Shown in pieces: positions 8,476 to 17,978 of a DNA stretch of 64,000 nt (position 1 is the first letter of the stretch; each line of letters begins with the position of its first letter). This DNA is from Acidobacteriota bacterium (GTDB lineage Bacteria; Actinomycetota; Acidimicrobiia; ATN3). Below the pieces are notes generated by a model. It made no database searches, was not told the DNA's origin, and worked only from the letters and a program-made list of their open reading frames with translations. The stretch covers positions 22,156-86,155 of the forward strand of contig QEUQ01000004.1 of NCBI GenBank assembly GCA_003577105.1. The letters run 5' to 3'. The translations under genes and the position numbers were made by a program.

Positions 8476-10716
8476 TCACGAAACCGCACTGATCTTGACG
8501 GGCACTCCGTTTACGACCGAAGTGCCGGATGGGCGATCTACGACCCCCGGGTCAACTACGACATTGATGTTCGACCCGGGCCTGCCTGACGCGACTGACA
8601 GCTGAGCACCGGGTGAATCGTGGCCCCACCCAATGGTCATGCTCGCGACACCGGCCATGACGGCATCTGTTACCTCGGCTGTGACTTCGATCATCCCTTC
8701 GGCCGATTCGACAACGACCTTGTCTCCATCGGCGATACCGCGCTCTTTGGCGTCGAGTGGATTTAGCTGAATGGTGCACGACTCGCGACCCCTGCTCAGC
8801 GAGCGGAGATTGTGCATCCACGAGTTCATGCCCTTCAGCGTCCGCCTGCTGATAAGCAGGATCTCGCTATTGGACACAGGGCCTGGCGAAGTCTCGGTCG
8901 CGCCCCCACCCAACACCCCACCCGGCCCCCCAGACGGCACACCAACCACTCCCCCGCCCAGCATCCCGCCACCAAGCGCGCCGGAGCCACCAGAGCGACC
9001 GAAACGCTCGGCAAGGCGAAGCACATCAGCCATAACCAGACTCGGAGCTAGATCAATTCCTCCCCCCGGAGTCTGGAGTATTTGCGGAAGATGAGGCTCC
9101 AGCGGCCCAAGATCAATCCCGTGGGGTTGCCGCTTCAACTCCGAGAGCGAGAGCCTCTGCGGGCCGAGTCGCAATAGCACATCCAAAAGAACGCCCGAAC
9201 CGATTGCCCACTTGATTGCACCCCCCGCAGCCCGCGCGACCACATTCGGAATACGTCGCTCAGATGCGATTGCCGAGATCAGCGAGGTGAGGATTTCGAG
9301 CTCGTGGCGCGTCCCCGGCTCACGCGCAAATACAGCCGGTGAAAAGTGCGCGCTGTTCCGAATAGCAATCGAGTGCTCAAGTGCCGGGTACTGATCGGAT
9401 TCGAGCGCCAGCGATGGCGGCATCACGATATCTGCACGCCAGTTCGTTTCGTTGATGTAGTAGTCGATCGAGGCCAGGAACCCGATATCGCCAAGGGCCT
9501 TCTCGAGCCGGGCAGACCCCGGATTGGTGAGTACGGGATTGCCCGCCACGATGAGCATCGCCTTGATCTGACCTCTCCCCGGTGTCTCAAGCTCATCGAC
9601 GAGTGCGGCTACGGGACGCTCCGCATTGAACTCTGCGAGCCCCGCAACCCGGCTGCGCCATCGGCCGTACTTGCCGGGCTCACGCAGCACCTTGCTCAAC
9701 GCCGCGAGGTCAACCGCCGGGGTCGTGAACATTGGTCCACCAGGCGAATCAAGCTTGCCCGTCGCAATGTTCACAACATCAATCAGCCAAGTCGTCAGCG
9801 TGCCGAACTCTTGCGCGGACGTGCCCATGCGCCCATACCAGACTGCGCGCTCGGTCTCGCCAAATCTGCGGGCGAGCTTGCGGGCCGCCGAAGCACTGAC
9901 CCCCGTAACCCCTTCGGTGCGATCCGGCGAATACTGCGCTGCAAGGTCTAGCACCTGATCGAGGTTCTCGACTATCGGCTCGAGGTGACGCAGTTGGATG
10001 AGCCCGTCTCGCTCCAAGGTGTTCAGCACCGAGAGGAGCAGATAGGCGTCGGTCCCCGGTCGGATTGCCAGGTGTTCATTTGCAATGGCCGCGGTCTCGG
10101 TACGGCGAGGGTCGATCACCACGATTTCCCCGCCACGCTCACCGATGGCGCTGAGGCGCCTCTTGGTGTCTGGTATCCCCATGACGCTGCCGTGGCTCAC
10201 CATCGGGTTGGCACCCATGATCACGAGCATCTCCGTACGCTCGACGTCTGGCACCGGAAGGATTGCCTGGTTGCCATAGAGGAGTCGTGAGACGAGCATT
10301 CGTGGGTATGCGTCGACGGAATTCGATGTATAGGTGTTGCGCGATCCCAAATATCGGATGAGCGGTAACAGAGCTAGCATCGCCTGGTAGTTGTGGCCCA
10401 TCGGATTCCCGTAGTAGAGGGCGGCTGCGTCACGTCCGCCTTCACGCTGGGCGGCCACAAGCTGTCTCGCGGTCTCGGTTACGGCTTCACGCCAGCTGAT
10501 CTCATGCCATTCGGATCCAATGCGGCGCATGGGGTGGCGCAGCCGGTCGGGATCATTCAGAAGGTCCTTGTGAGCCGATCCCTTTGGGCAGATGTGTCCC
10601 CGGCTAAACGGGTCAGCCATGTCACCGCGAATGCGACGTATGTCGCGCCCTGAGTGCTCAATCTCAAGGCCGCAGATGGCGTCGCAGAAGTTGCAGATTG
10701 CAAAGGATGTCTTCAA
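8476..10716 (-). CDS. Molybdopterin (bis-MGD) oxidoreductase, formate-dehydrogenase/nitrate-reductase-like
   Basis: N-terminal 'CNFCDAICGLEIE' 4Fe-4S motif plus molybdopterin oxidoreductase and molybdopterin dinucleotide-binding regions. Has an unusual Gly-rich low-complexity insert ('GGSGALGGGMLGGGVVGVPSGGPGGVLGGG'). Confidence 0.85.
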   Translation of the reverse strand: MKTSFAICNFCDAICGLEIEHSGRDIRRIRGDMADPFSRGHICPKGSAHKDLLNDPDRLRHPMRRIGSEWHEISWREAVTETARQLVAAQREGGRDAAALYYGNPMGHNYQAMLALLPLIRYLGSRNTYTSNSVDAYPRMLVSRLLYGNQAILPVPDVERTEMLVIMGANPMVSHGSVMGIPDTKRRLSAIGERGGEIVVIDPRRTETAAIANEHLAIRPGTDAYLLLSVLNTLERDGLIQLRHLEPIVENLDQVLDLAAQYSPDRTEGVTGVSASAARKLARRFGETERAVWYGRMGTSAQEFGTLTTWLIDVVNIATGKLDSPGGPMFTTPAVDLAALSKVLREPGKYGRWRSRVAGLAEFNAERPVAALVDELETPGRGQIKAMLIVAGNPVLTNPGSARLEKALGDIGFLASIDYYINETNWRADIVMPPSLALESDQYPALEHSIAIRNSAHFSPAVFAREPGTRHELEILTSLISAIASERRIPNVVARAAGGAIKWAIGSGVLLDVLLRLGPQRLSLSELKRQPHGIDLGPLEPHLPQILQTPGGGIDLAPSLVMADVLRLAERFGRSGGSGALGGGMLGGGVVGVPSGGPGGVLGGGATETSPGPVSNSEILLISRRTLKGMNSWMHNLRSLSRGRESCTIQLNPLDAKERGIADGDKVVVESAEGMIEVTAEVTDAVMAGVASMTIGWGHDSPGAQLSVASGRPGSNINVVVDPGVVDRPSGTSVVNGVPVKISAVS

Positions 10717-10764
10717 TGGAGATCAATATGGTTCGCTCGTTGATCACATCTTCGCGGAGGTTCG

Positions 10765-11202
10765 GTGACCGAGAAGACTGCACAAGATGCAATTGCCCTC
10801 GCACGCAAGTGCCATGAAGGGCAGACCGACAAGGCTGGCAAGCCATACATCGATCATGTGATGCGGGTAGTAAGTCGATTCGATGACGACTTCTCTTGCC
10901 AAGTCGCCGCACTTCACGACGTTCTAGAAGATAGTGACGTGACGCCATCGGACCTCTTGGGCGAGGGGTATTCGCCTGAAGTAGTCGATGCGGTGGTACT
11001 GCTGAGTCGCGACTACGCGATTGACGATCACTCGTATTACGAAGCAATCAAGAGAAATCCTGCGGCTCTTGCGGTCAAGCTTGCTGATTTAGACGACAAC
11101 TCGAATCCAGCTCGCCTGTGTGAGCTCGAGAAGATCGACAAGGCCACAGCTGATTGGTTGCGTAAGAAGTATCGGCTGGCCTGGGAGCATCTCTCGGACT
11201 AG
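10765..11202 (+). CDS. HD-domain phosphohydrolase (RelA/SpoT-type small alarmone hydrolase-like)
   Basis: 'HEGQTDKAGKPYIDHVMRV' and 'LHDVLEDS' HD motifs resembling (p)ppGpp hydrolase domains. Confidence 0.6.
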   Translation: MTEKTAQDAIALARKCHEGQTDKAGKPYIDHVMRVVSRFDDDFSCQVAALHDVLEDSDVTPSDLLGEGYSPEVVDAVVLLSRDYAIDDHSYYEAIKRNPAALAVKLADLDDNSNPARLCELEKIDKATADWLRKKYRLAWEHLSD

Positions 11203-11399
11203 CACTCATGACTCGCGACGAGGAAGCACCAATTCATGACTGAAAAGAACCGGATCTTGGATTTCGTGGACTCGGTCTTCGCGGAAATAGATATAACCAG
11301 AAGTTGTGGATCACCCACTCGTTCGAGGACGCGGCGCACCTTCCTATGTGAAAGGTAAACAAACGCCGGCAGTAGACGCCGGCGAGGAAGGAAACGCCG

Positions 11400-11972
11400 A
11401 TGCTGATGTTAGCGAATGAAGACGTCGAAGGCGCGGAGTTCGCGTCGACGCTGGATTCGATCTGTCGCGAGGGAGCAAAGAGGATGCTTGCCGCCGAGCT
11501 CGAGGCCGAGGTGGCGGAGTACGTTTCCGCGTTCTCAGACGATCTTAATGAGGAGGGCCATCGTCTTGTGGTGAGAAACGGCCACCACAACGCCCGGACG
11601 GTGACAACGGCCGCAGGCGCATTGGAGGTGAGGGCCCCGAGAGTCAATGACAAGAGGGTGGACTCCGAGACGGGCGAACGGCACCGCTTCGTCTCCAAGG
11701 TCTTGCCTCCCTGGTGTCGCAAGTCTCCCAAGGTGGTCGAGGTCTTGCCCCTGCTGTATCTACACGGCCTCTCCACCGGGGACTTCACAGACGCGCTCGG
11801 AGCGTACTTCGGCTCAGCCGCCGGCCTGTCGGCTTCTGTCATCTCCCGGCGCGGTTCGCAGGCCAGATGGCGGAAGATCAACGGGCCGGAGCTCGTGGCA
11901 CTCGTACGCGCCGGGGCCAGGTTCGAGAAAGGTGTACTTGTCGAGAGCTGCGAGGAGGAGGTCGCCGCGTGA
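11400..11972 (+). pseudogene. IS256-family (mutator-type) transposase, N-terminal fragment
   Basis: 'AELEAEVAEYV...RNGHHNARTV.T.AG.LEV.APRVND' matches IS256-family N-termini; only ~190 aa, catalytic DDE region absent. Confidence 0.65.
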
Positions 11973-12079
11973 TCAGCGGGGAGGCTCATCCACAACATTT
12001 GACAATGTCTCTCGCTCCTCAATCGCAGACAACCAAACAAGGTGCGTAGCTGGTCGGCCGTCGCGAGGTGCGCTCGCCG

Positions 12080-12369
12080 CTATGGAAGGATCGAGTGGCC
12101 GCCTATCGCGACCCAGACGAAATGGGGTTCTCCAGCGCGAACCGCTGGACCGTATTTGAAGATCGCACGACCGTCGGAAGCCCATGTCATTTCGAAGCAC
12201 CCGGGTAGCCCCCGAACGCCCTTGACGCGAAGCCCCGGTCGAAACTCTCGGGCCTTCGCGTCCTCGATGAACCGTGCGAGCGCTCTGCGAAATGCCTCAC
12301 GAGCCGAGGGGTCGAGCCGCCTATAGGCTCGAAGAAAGTCTTCGGTCGCCTCGTAGGTTGGCAACCGCG
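12080..12369 (-). CDS. RelE/ParE-family toxin (putative)
   Basis: Small basic protein immediately downstream of, and overlapping, a small acidic putative antitoxin. C-terminal 'FVWVAIGGHSI' is RelE/ParE-like. Confidence 0.4.
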
Positions 12370-12597
12370 TTACTGCAGTGCTTCGAGGAAGTCTTCGCCG
12401 TCGTCGAAGCGAGCGGTTCGCCCTGCATCGAGGTCCGCAAGCGAGTCTCTGAGGTGACGCTGCCACTCCGCGGTCCAAACCCAAGCTTGGTCGGGGTCAA
12501 TGTCGTCGATCAGAACGCGCCGAATGAGCAGGGACGCGCTTTCGACTGCTCCGTCGGGAAGCTCATCTACCATGCGATGGAGTTCAGCTCGTGTCAT
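12370..12597 (-). CDS. Putative antitoxin (small acidic protein)
   Basis: 75-aa acidic protein upstream of the putative toxin. Confidence 0.35.
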   Translation of the reverse strand: MTRAELHRMVDELPDGAVESASLLIRRVLIDDIDPDQAWVWTAEWQRHLRDSLADLDAGRTARFDDGEDFLEALQ

Positions 12598-13092
12598 GGC
12601 AACAATTCTAGCTTCCGTGTCAATAGCATCGGTTCGAGGCTAGCCCCCCTGTGTCAGAAGGCCTACCGTCGTGAGTGCATGGGCAGCGATACGCCGGTAT
12701 CGCGTTGGCGGAACGCTCGAGACGGTCGAGCCGTACGACGATCCGCGGGTCGGGCATTTTCTAGGCGAACACACCCGACCCAATGCGTCGATCGCGCCGA
12801 GAACACCACGGTAGTTGCCGTCCTTCAACATGTCGGCGGGCCTTTCATAATCAAGCGACGGGTTCGGGCTGAAGAGCCACTCTTCACTCGCCTCCGGTTT
12901 GGGCGTTCGCGACAGTCGATCCACGACGACTAGCGGCACGAGTTCAACAACTGCCGACCTCACCGGTCGCTCGGACTCGCGACGCCGGCAGAGTTCGCGG
13001 CCCGGTGGAGGGCCGGGAGTGCACCCCGAGTCTCATATCGCGTGGACCGAAGGATGGGGCTCAGTCACGGCCACGTCCACGCAAGTGGTGTA

Positions 13093-14419
13093 AGACCACA
13101 GCGTCATCCTCACTTCTGAATTAGCCAGCTTCCTCGATCTCCGGCCTCACCCCCTCTCGTCCGTCTTCACCCGCGTCGATCACGACGAAGCGCGTCTTTG
13201 CCAGCGACTCGATCGACATGTAGCGCCTTGTGATCAGCCACTCGTCGTTCTGCTCAGATAGCACGGAGCCGACTAGGCGGATGATCGATCCCCGGTTGGG
13301 GAAGATGCCGACTACGTCGGTCCGGCGACGGATCTCCTTGTTCAGCCGCTCCTGCGGGTTGTTCGACCAGATCTGTCGCCAGTGCTCCTTGGGGAAGGTT
13401 CCAAAGGCCAAGATCTCCTCCCTCGCGTCGGCGAGCATCTCGGCAGCGTCTTCGAAGTGGGGGGCGAGCTCTGCAACCACCCTCTCGAACTGGGCATAGA
13501 CAGATGCCCTGTCCGGTTGGGCGAAGATCGAGCGGACAAGAGTGGCCACCATGTCGGCTGAGGCCTTTGGGACCTTGGTCAACAAGTTCCTGAGGAAGTG
13601 GGCCCGGCACCTCTGCCACGCCGCACCTGGGAGCTCGGCAGCGATCGCGGATTTGAGCCCCTCATGGGCGTCGGAGACGACGAGCTTGACACCAGATAGC
13701 CCTCGGGCCTTGAGAGATCTGATGAAGCTGGGCCAACCCGCGCCGTCTTCGGTGGTGACGACGTCAAGGCCTAAGATCTCTCGACTCCCGTCGGCATTGA
13801 CACCGGTTGCGATGAGAGCACAGACATTGACGACACGCCCGCCCTCTCGACATCGCTGGGTGATCGCATCGATCCAGATGTAGGGGTAGCCGCCTTCGTC
13901 CAAGGGGCGGGACCGAAACGCCTCGACTCCCTCGTCGAGGCTTCTTGCGAGTGCGCTTACCTGGGACGCGGAGATCGCTTCGATGCCAAGGGTCTTGATC
14001 ACCTTCTCTACACGGCGTGTCGAGACGCCTTGGACGTAGGCCTCGGCGACAACGGCGATAAGCGCACGCTCTGCACGCCGTCTCGGGGTGACCAGCCAGT
14101 CGGGGAAGTACGAGCCGGTTCTGAGTTTGGGGATGGCAAGTTCCATCGTGCCGACCCGGGTGTCAAAGGTCCGCTCCCGATACCCGTTGCGGGAGTTCAC
14201 CCGGTCGGGAGTCCTCTCGCCGTAGTTGGCGTTGCAGAGCGCATCTGCCTCGGCAGACATGAGCTGGCCGGCGAACTCCTCGACCATCTCTTTGATGACA
14301 TCTCCGTCAGAATCTTCAAGCCGCTTGCGCAGCCAGGTCAGAACGTCCATGTTATGTGCGACCATCGCGTTACTCCTCAAGTGGTACTTAGTGGTCTTCT
14401 TGAGGATGACGCGGTGGTC
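13093..14419 (-). mobile_element. IS256-family insertion sequence (complete, ~1.33 kb) with terminal inverted repeats
   Basis: Left end 'gaccacagcgtcatcctca' (13093-) matches the reverse complement of the right end '...tgaggatgacgcggtggtc' (-14419) at 18 of 19 positions. Encloses the transposase CDS 13121-14380. Confidence 0.75.
13121..14380 (-). CDS. IS256-family transposase (mutator type)
   Basis: 419 aa with typical IS256-family N-terminus and a DDE region ('ISASQVS', 'PYIWIDA...', 'GLKSAIAAELPGAAWQRCRAHFLRN'). Confidence 0.9.
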   Translation of the reverse strand: MRSNAMVAHNMDVLTWLRKRLEDSDGDVIKEMVEEFAGQLMSAEADALCNANYGERTPDRVNSRNGYRERTFDTRVGTMELAIPKLRTGSYFPDWLVTPRRRAERALIAVVAEAYVQGVSTRRVEKVIKTLGIEAISASQVSALARSLDEGVEAFRSRPLDEGGYPYIWIDAITQRCREGGRVVNVCALIATGVNADGSREILGLDVVTTEDGAGWPSFIRSLKARGLSGVKLVVSDAHEGLKSAIAAELPGAAWQRCRAHFLRNLLTKVPKASADMVATLVRSIFAQPDRASVYAQFERVVAELAPHFEDAAEMLADAREEILAFGTFPKEHWRQIWSNNPQERLNKEIRRRTDVVGIFPNRGSIIRLVGSVLSEQNDEWLITRRYMSIESLAKTRFVVIDAGEDGREGVRPEIEEAG

Positions 14420-14717
14420 ATCAATCTTTGTGGATCTCCTGGCCCGTCGGGCTAGGTGTCAGGCCCTTCGTACACCACGGGCGTGCACGCTACTCTCAGT
14501 TCACGAGGGCCCGGGCATTCACACAATCTAACGGGTCAGCAAGCGAATATTCGTTCGCACTCTTGATTTCACTAAGTCACCAGACGAGATACTAGATCAG
14601 GTGGTGCTTCTAGCTAACGAGATTCGCTCTACAACGACAGTATTGTTGGGTCTCAATCGGCTTTCAGCCCAATTGGGTACGAAATCCCGAGCCCTGCAAT
14701 CGGCATATCTGGGTCGA

Positions 14718-15137
14718 TCACTTTCGTCGCCAAGGATCGATTGTCTTGATGCCCGTATAGCGGAAATCCTTGACGTTCCGCGTTAACAGCGCCGACCCGT
14801 GAGCTCGGCAAATCGAGGCAACCTGGGCATCGAACCCGTCGATCGGAACTCCCCGGCGATCGCGCGCATCGACTATCTCCGGGTAACACAGCGCCGCAGT
14901 CTCATCGAAGGGCAAAACCTGATCCTCAAACGCACCGAAGACGTCAATAGCCGTGGCCTTCAAGATCTCTTTGCGGCGACCCTTCGGCAGTCGCTCGATT
15001 CCGTAGAGAATCTCTGCAACCGTGATTGAGGTTGTGCACAACTCCCCGCTAGGTCGAGCCAGCACCCAATCTCTCACTGCGGGGTCCGGCTCGGGCCTCA
15101 TGAGCTCAGACACTACGTTGGTATCGACAACGATCAT
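14718..15137 (-). CDS. vapC: PIN-domain toxin VapC (FitB-like)
   Basis: 'MIVVDTNVVSELMRP' PIN N-terminus and a C-terminal acidic residue ('LLTRNVKDF'). Confidence 0.85.
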   Translation of the reverse strand: MIVVDTNVVSELMRPEPDPAVRDWVLARPSGELCTTSITVAEILYGIERLPKGRRKEILKATAIDVFGAFEDQVLPFDETAALCYPEIVDARDRRGVPIDGFDAQVASICRAHGSALLTRNVKDFRYTGIKTIDPWRRK

Positions 15138-15379
15138 TCAGACAGATCTGGTGATCGCACCGTAGCCGACCGCTCGGGTAGGTCAAGTGTGACACCGCCT
15201 ACCTCACTGAAGCGCTCCACGAGTGATGCGAGCAGGCCCTTGGAATCACCCGGCTCACTGACCGCCTCAGCAAGGATGGCGCGAATCTCGGCTTCCATCG
15301 ATCGGCGATTCGCAGCTGCTCGGATGCGCAGTCGCTCTCTCACTTGGTCATCTAGATTTCGAATGCTCACAGCTGCCAT
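15134..15379 (-). CDS. vapB: VapB/FitA-type antitoxin (RHH)
   Basis: 'MAAVSIRNLDDQVRERLRIRAAANRRSMEAEIRAIL' is classic FitA/VapB; the internal Met at 15379 is the likely start; 4-bp overlap with vapC. Confidence 0.75.
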   Translation of the reverse strand: MAAVSIRNLDDQVRERLRIRAAANRRSMEAEIRAILAEAVSEPGDSKGLLASLVERFSEVGGVTLDLPERSATVRSPDLSE

Positions 15380-15776
15380 CGCCAATACCTCCTTAGTGCT
15401 AGCAATGCTAGCACTGGTAGGCAGGTGAGTCTCCCCAACCCAGACTGCATGGCCGACGACCCCCTTGCCGTTCGCGGTTACCTTGACGTTGTTTGCTGCC
15501 CGTGTAGTCTTCACCTAGAAAGTGCCCTTCTCGTCGAGGTTCCTGTGCGGCTTGCACCCGCCGTTTCCCCTGTCAGGAGGGCGTTTTCGCGGATTTACCT
15601 GCTCAGATCAGGGCGTTTTCGTGGAGAATCGTGGCTAATGCAACGAGTTCGGGACCCCGAGTACGCGGCTCTCGCGCCAATCTTCCTTTTCCTCCATGTC
15701 GCCGCCGTGGAGGTGCTTGTGGCACTGCCCGCCCACGAGTCATCGTCGAGGCGGCACGTGGCTGGGTGATGTCGGG

Positions 15777-16547
15777 ATGGCCGCGCGATCATCTGGCAAC
15801 CGAAATGAATACGACCAGTGGCTTGCCACGCTGCGGGAGTTCCGAGGCGAAGTCTTAAGCCACCGCGGATACGGAGTGCGTGCTGAACTCGACTACAACC
15901 TCGGATCGGCTCTGTCGGCCTTCGGCCGGAATCTTACGGAACTTGAGAGGCTGGCCGCGGGAGTCCCAGCAGACTCGGGTGATGCACAGCGCTCATACTT
16001 CTTCAAGAAGGATGCGCTGTCCGTCGAGATGCGAGAGAAAATCGACAGGACGCTCTCGAACACCCTCAGCTCGGGCCAGCGCGTGCTGGAGATTGCCAAG
16101 GCGTGCATCCACCGGCTTTACACACCTAAGTCTGCTACGCGCCAGACCCTCGACGAAAAGCTGGAGGTGTTTCGAGGTCTCGATGTTTGTGCCGCCTTCC
16201 AGGAGGTTCGCAATACTAACGACCATGCGGGCTATGCATCATGGGGCCAGGGATCCTCAAACACGCTCAATGGTGACGGGACAATCGAACGAATCTTTCA
16301 AGTCCCGTTGGCAGCGAAGAAGCCGGTCCTCAATCTGAAGTTCGATGCCTATACGCAGTACAGCGAGACACGAGATGACAACGATCTGGTATCGATGTTG
16401 AAGGAGTTCGGACAAGGACTCGTCCAGTTGGTGGAGGATCTAACCGATGAGACCCTCTGCACCGAGCGAGCCGCTATGGACGAATTCGAGTCCATGCGGG
16501 CGAATCTGAAGAAACACGAACGGAGCCGACCAAACAACGAAACGTGA
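15777..16547 (+). CDS. Hypothetical protein (unknown function), upstream partner of a trypsin-like protease
   Basis: About 256 aa with no recognisable motif; 30-bp gap to the next gene. Confidence 0.35.
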   Translation: MAARSSGNRNEYDQWLATLREFRGEVLSHRGYGVRAELDYNLGSALSAFGRNLTELERLAAGVPADSGDAQRSYFFKKDALSVEMREKIDRTLSNTLSSGQRVLEIAKACIHRLYTPKSATRQTLDEKLEVFRGLDVCAAFQEVRNTNDHAGYASWGQGSSNTLNGDGTIERIFQVPLAAKKPVLNLKFDAYTQYSETRDDNDLVSMLKEFGQGLVQLVEDLTDETLCTERAAMDEFESMRANLKKHERSRPNNET

Positions 16548-16577
16548 CAAGGTCGTGCGAATCACTGGAGCAGAAGA

Positions 16578-17306
16578 ATGAGCCATCACTACGAGAACAT
16601 GCCTCGGTGCGCGTTCTTCATCGCTGGGCAAGATGGTCGCCCTGCGGGGACAGCTTTTGCTCTCGCCGCATCGGACACGAGTCCGATCTTTGTCGCCACG
16701 GCTCGACATGTTGTTCGAGGCTGTGCACCAAGTCCGAATGATTACACGGACCTCGTCATGAACTCGACGGCGGGTGAGGAATTTCGAATTCCTATTTGCC
16801 GCGCGGCGTGGATCGAGCACGAAACGGAGGATGTCGCTGTGACGTGTCTGGATCGTGACGATGTCGAGGACACAGCCAGCTTCACGTACTTCTACCTCGA
16901 CGACCGTATCGGGAAGAAATGGCAAGAGGACTTCCCTCTGCTCGGGTACCGGGTCATCACGGTTGGGCTATTTTCGGAGGCTCCCGGCAAGGGCGTCGTT
17001 CGACCGGTACTCCGATTCGGCGCCGTAGCGCGCCTCAACGACGAGCGCCATTTGCTGAGAAGCGCCGATGGGACCGACCAAGGCGATTTCGATTCGTACA
17101 TTGTCGACGTTACATCCACACCGGGATTCAGTGGCGCGCCGGTGTTCCTCGACTCGAACGTCCCATGCGTACTCGGCGTGCTACTGGGGCACTGGAATAT
17201 CAGCGCGCCCGACGGCAAGACTGGCTCACACCACTCTGGCCTCGCCCTCGTATCGCCCACTCGGTACGCAGCAGAGGTGATCGACCGATGGGAGCCATCT
17301 GGCTAA
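16578..17306 (+). CDS. Trypsin-like (S1/chymotrypsin-fold) serine peptidase domain protein
   Basis: 'FVATARHVV' (His region) and 'TPGFSGAPVF' (GDSGGP-like Ser motif). No signal peptide. Confidence 0.55.
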   Translation: MSHHYENMPRCAFFIAGQDGRPAGTAFALAASDTSPIFVATARHVVRGCAPSPNDYTDLVMNSTAGEEFRIPICRAAWIEHETEDVAVTCLDRDDVEDTASFTYFYLDDRIGKKWQEDFPLLGYRVITVGLFSEAPGKGVVRPVLRFGAVARLNDERHLLRSADGTDQGDFDSYIVDVTSTPGFSGAPVFLDSNVPCVLGVLLGHWNISAPDGKTGSHHSGLALVSPTRYAAEVIDRWEPSG

Positions 17307-17477
17307 CGGCAGAGCGCTCAGGCACGCATTGGTACCGCGAGCCACGGCGCTACTCCGAGCTTCAAAGCGCTACGCGCCCGCGCTCGTCTCACCTCCGTGA
17401 TGGCGGCCGGATCCAGTACCCAAATGTCGATATCGTCGACTACGGACCGTGTGCGAACGATATAGGGAGGTTTCGGT

Positions 17478-17978
17478 GGGTCAAATAGCGATAATCGGCT
17501 GGGGGTCACTCGTCTGGGATCCTCGCGACTTGCCGATTGAATCCCCATGGCACGACGACGGCCCAGAGCTGCCAATCGAATTCGCGCGGATTTCGTCGGG
17601 GACCGGCTGACACTCGTGGTTTTGGAGGATGCGCCGCTCCAGCCCACCTACTGGGCCGCCAGTACCAAGGCGACCTTGGCGCAGGCCAGCGACGATCTCC
17701 GCGGACGGGAGGGCACAATCGACAGCTGCATTGAGAGCGTCGAGCGCGACGACGCCACATCTCAGCCAGACGAGACCGCTACCGAAGCCCGCGAGCGCGT
17801 CGGCGCTTGGCTACGCGAGGGCACCGAACTCACTGGTGCCACCTGGACTGGGTTGCGATCTAACTTTCGGGAAAAGACGCAGTGTCCGTTCAGTAGCAAC
17901 GCGGCGCTCGAGTACCTCCGGGGGCTGATCGACACTAAACGAGCTCATCGGATTTCAGCGGGGAGTCACGGTCGGTAG
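17478..17978 (+). pseudogene. Gamma-glutamylcyclotransferase (ChaC/GGCT)-like gene with apparent +1 frameshift near 17600
   Basis: Frame A (GTG 17478) encodes 'IAIIGWGSLVWDPRDL...' and stops at ~17610. The frame of ORF 17547 continues '...RLTLVVLEDAPLQPTYW...'. The two frames overlap across 'gaattcgcgcggatttcgtcgggg'. Confidence 0.3.

Noticed and set aside
11234-12040. 268-aa ORF on the minus strand antisense to the IS256-family fragment
   Set aside because: Low-complexity Ser/Ala/Arg-rich translation typical of the antisense frame of high-GC coding DNA. The sense-strand transposase fragment explains the region.
14440-14717. Lower-GC intergenic stretch after the IS256 element; checked for a tRNA or tRNA fragment (possible island attachment site)
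   Set aside because: No convincing cloverleaf. A 'gggtacgaaatcccgagccc' segment only loosely resembles a T-arm and there is no acceptor stem/CCA context.
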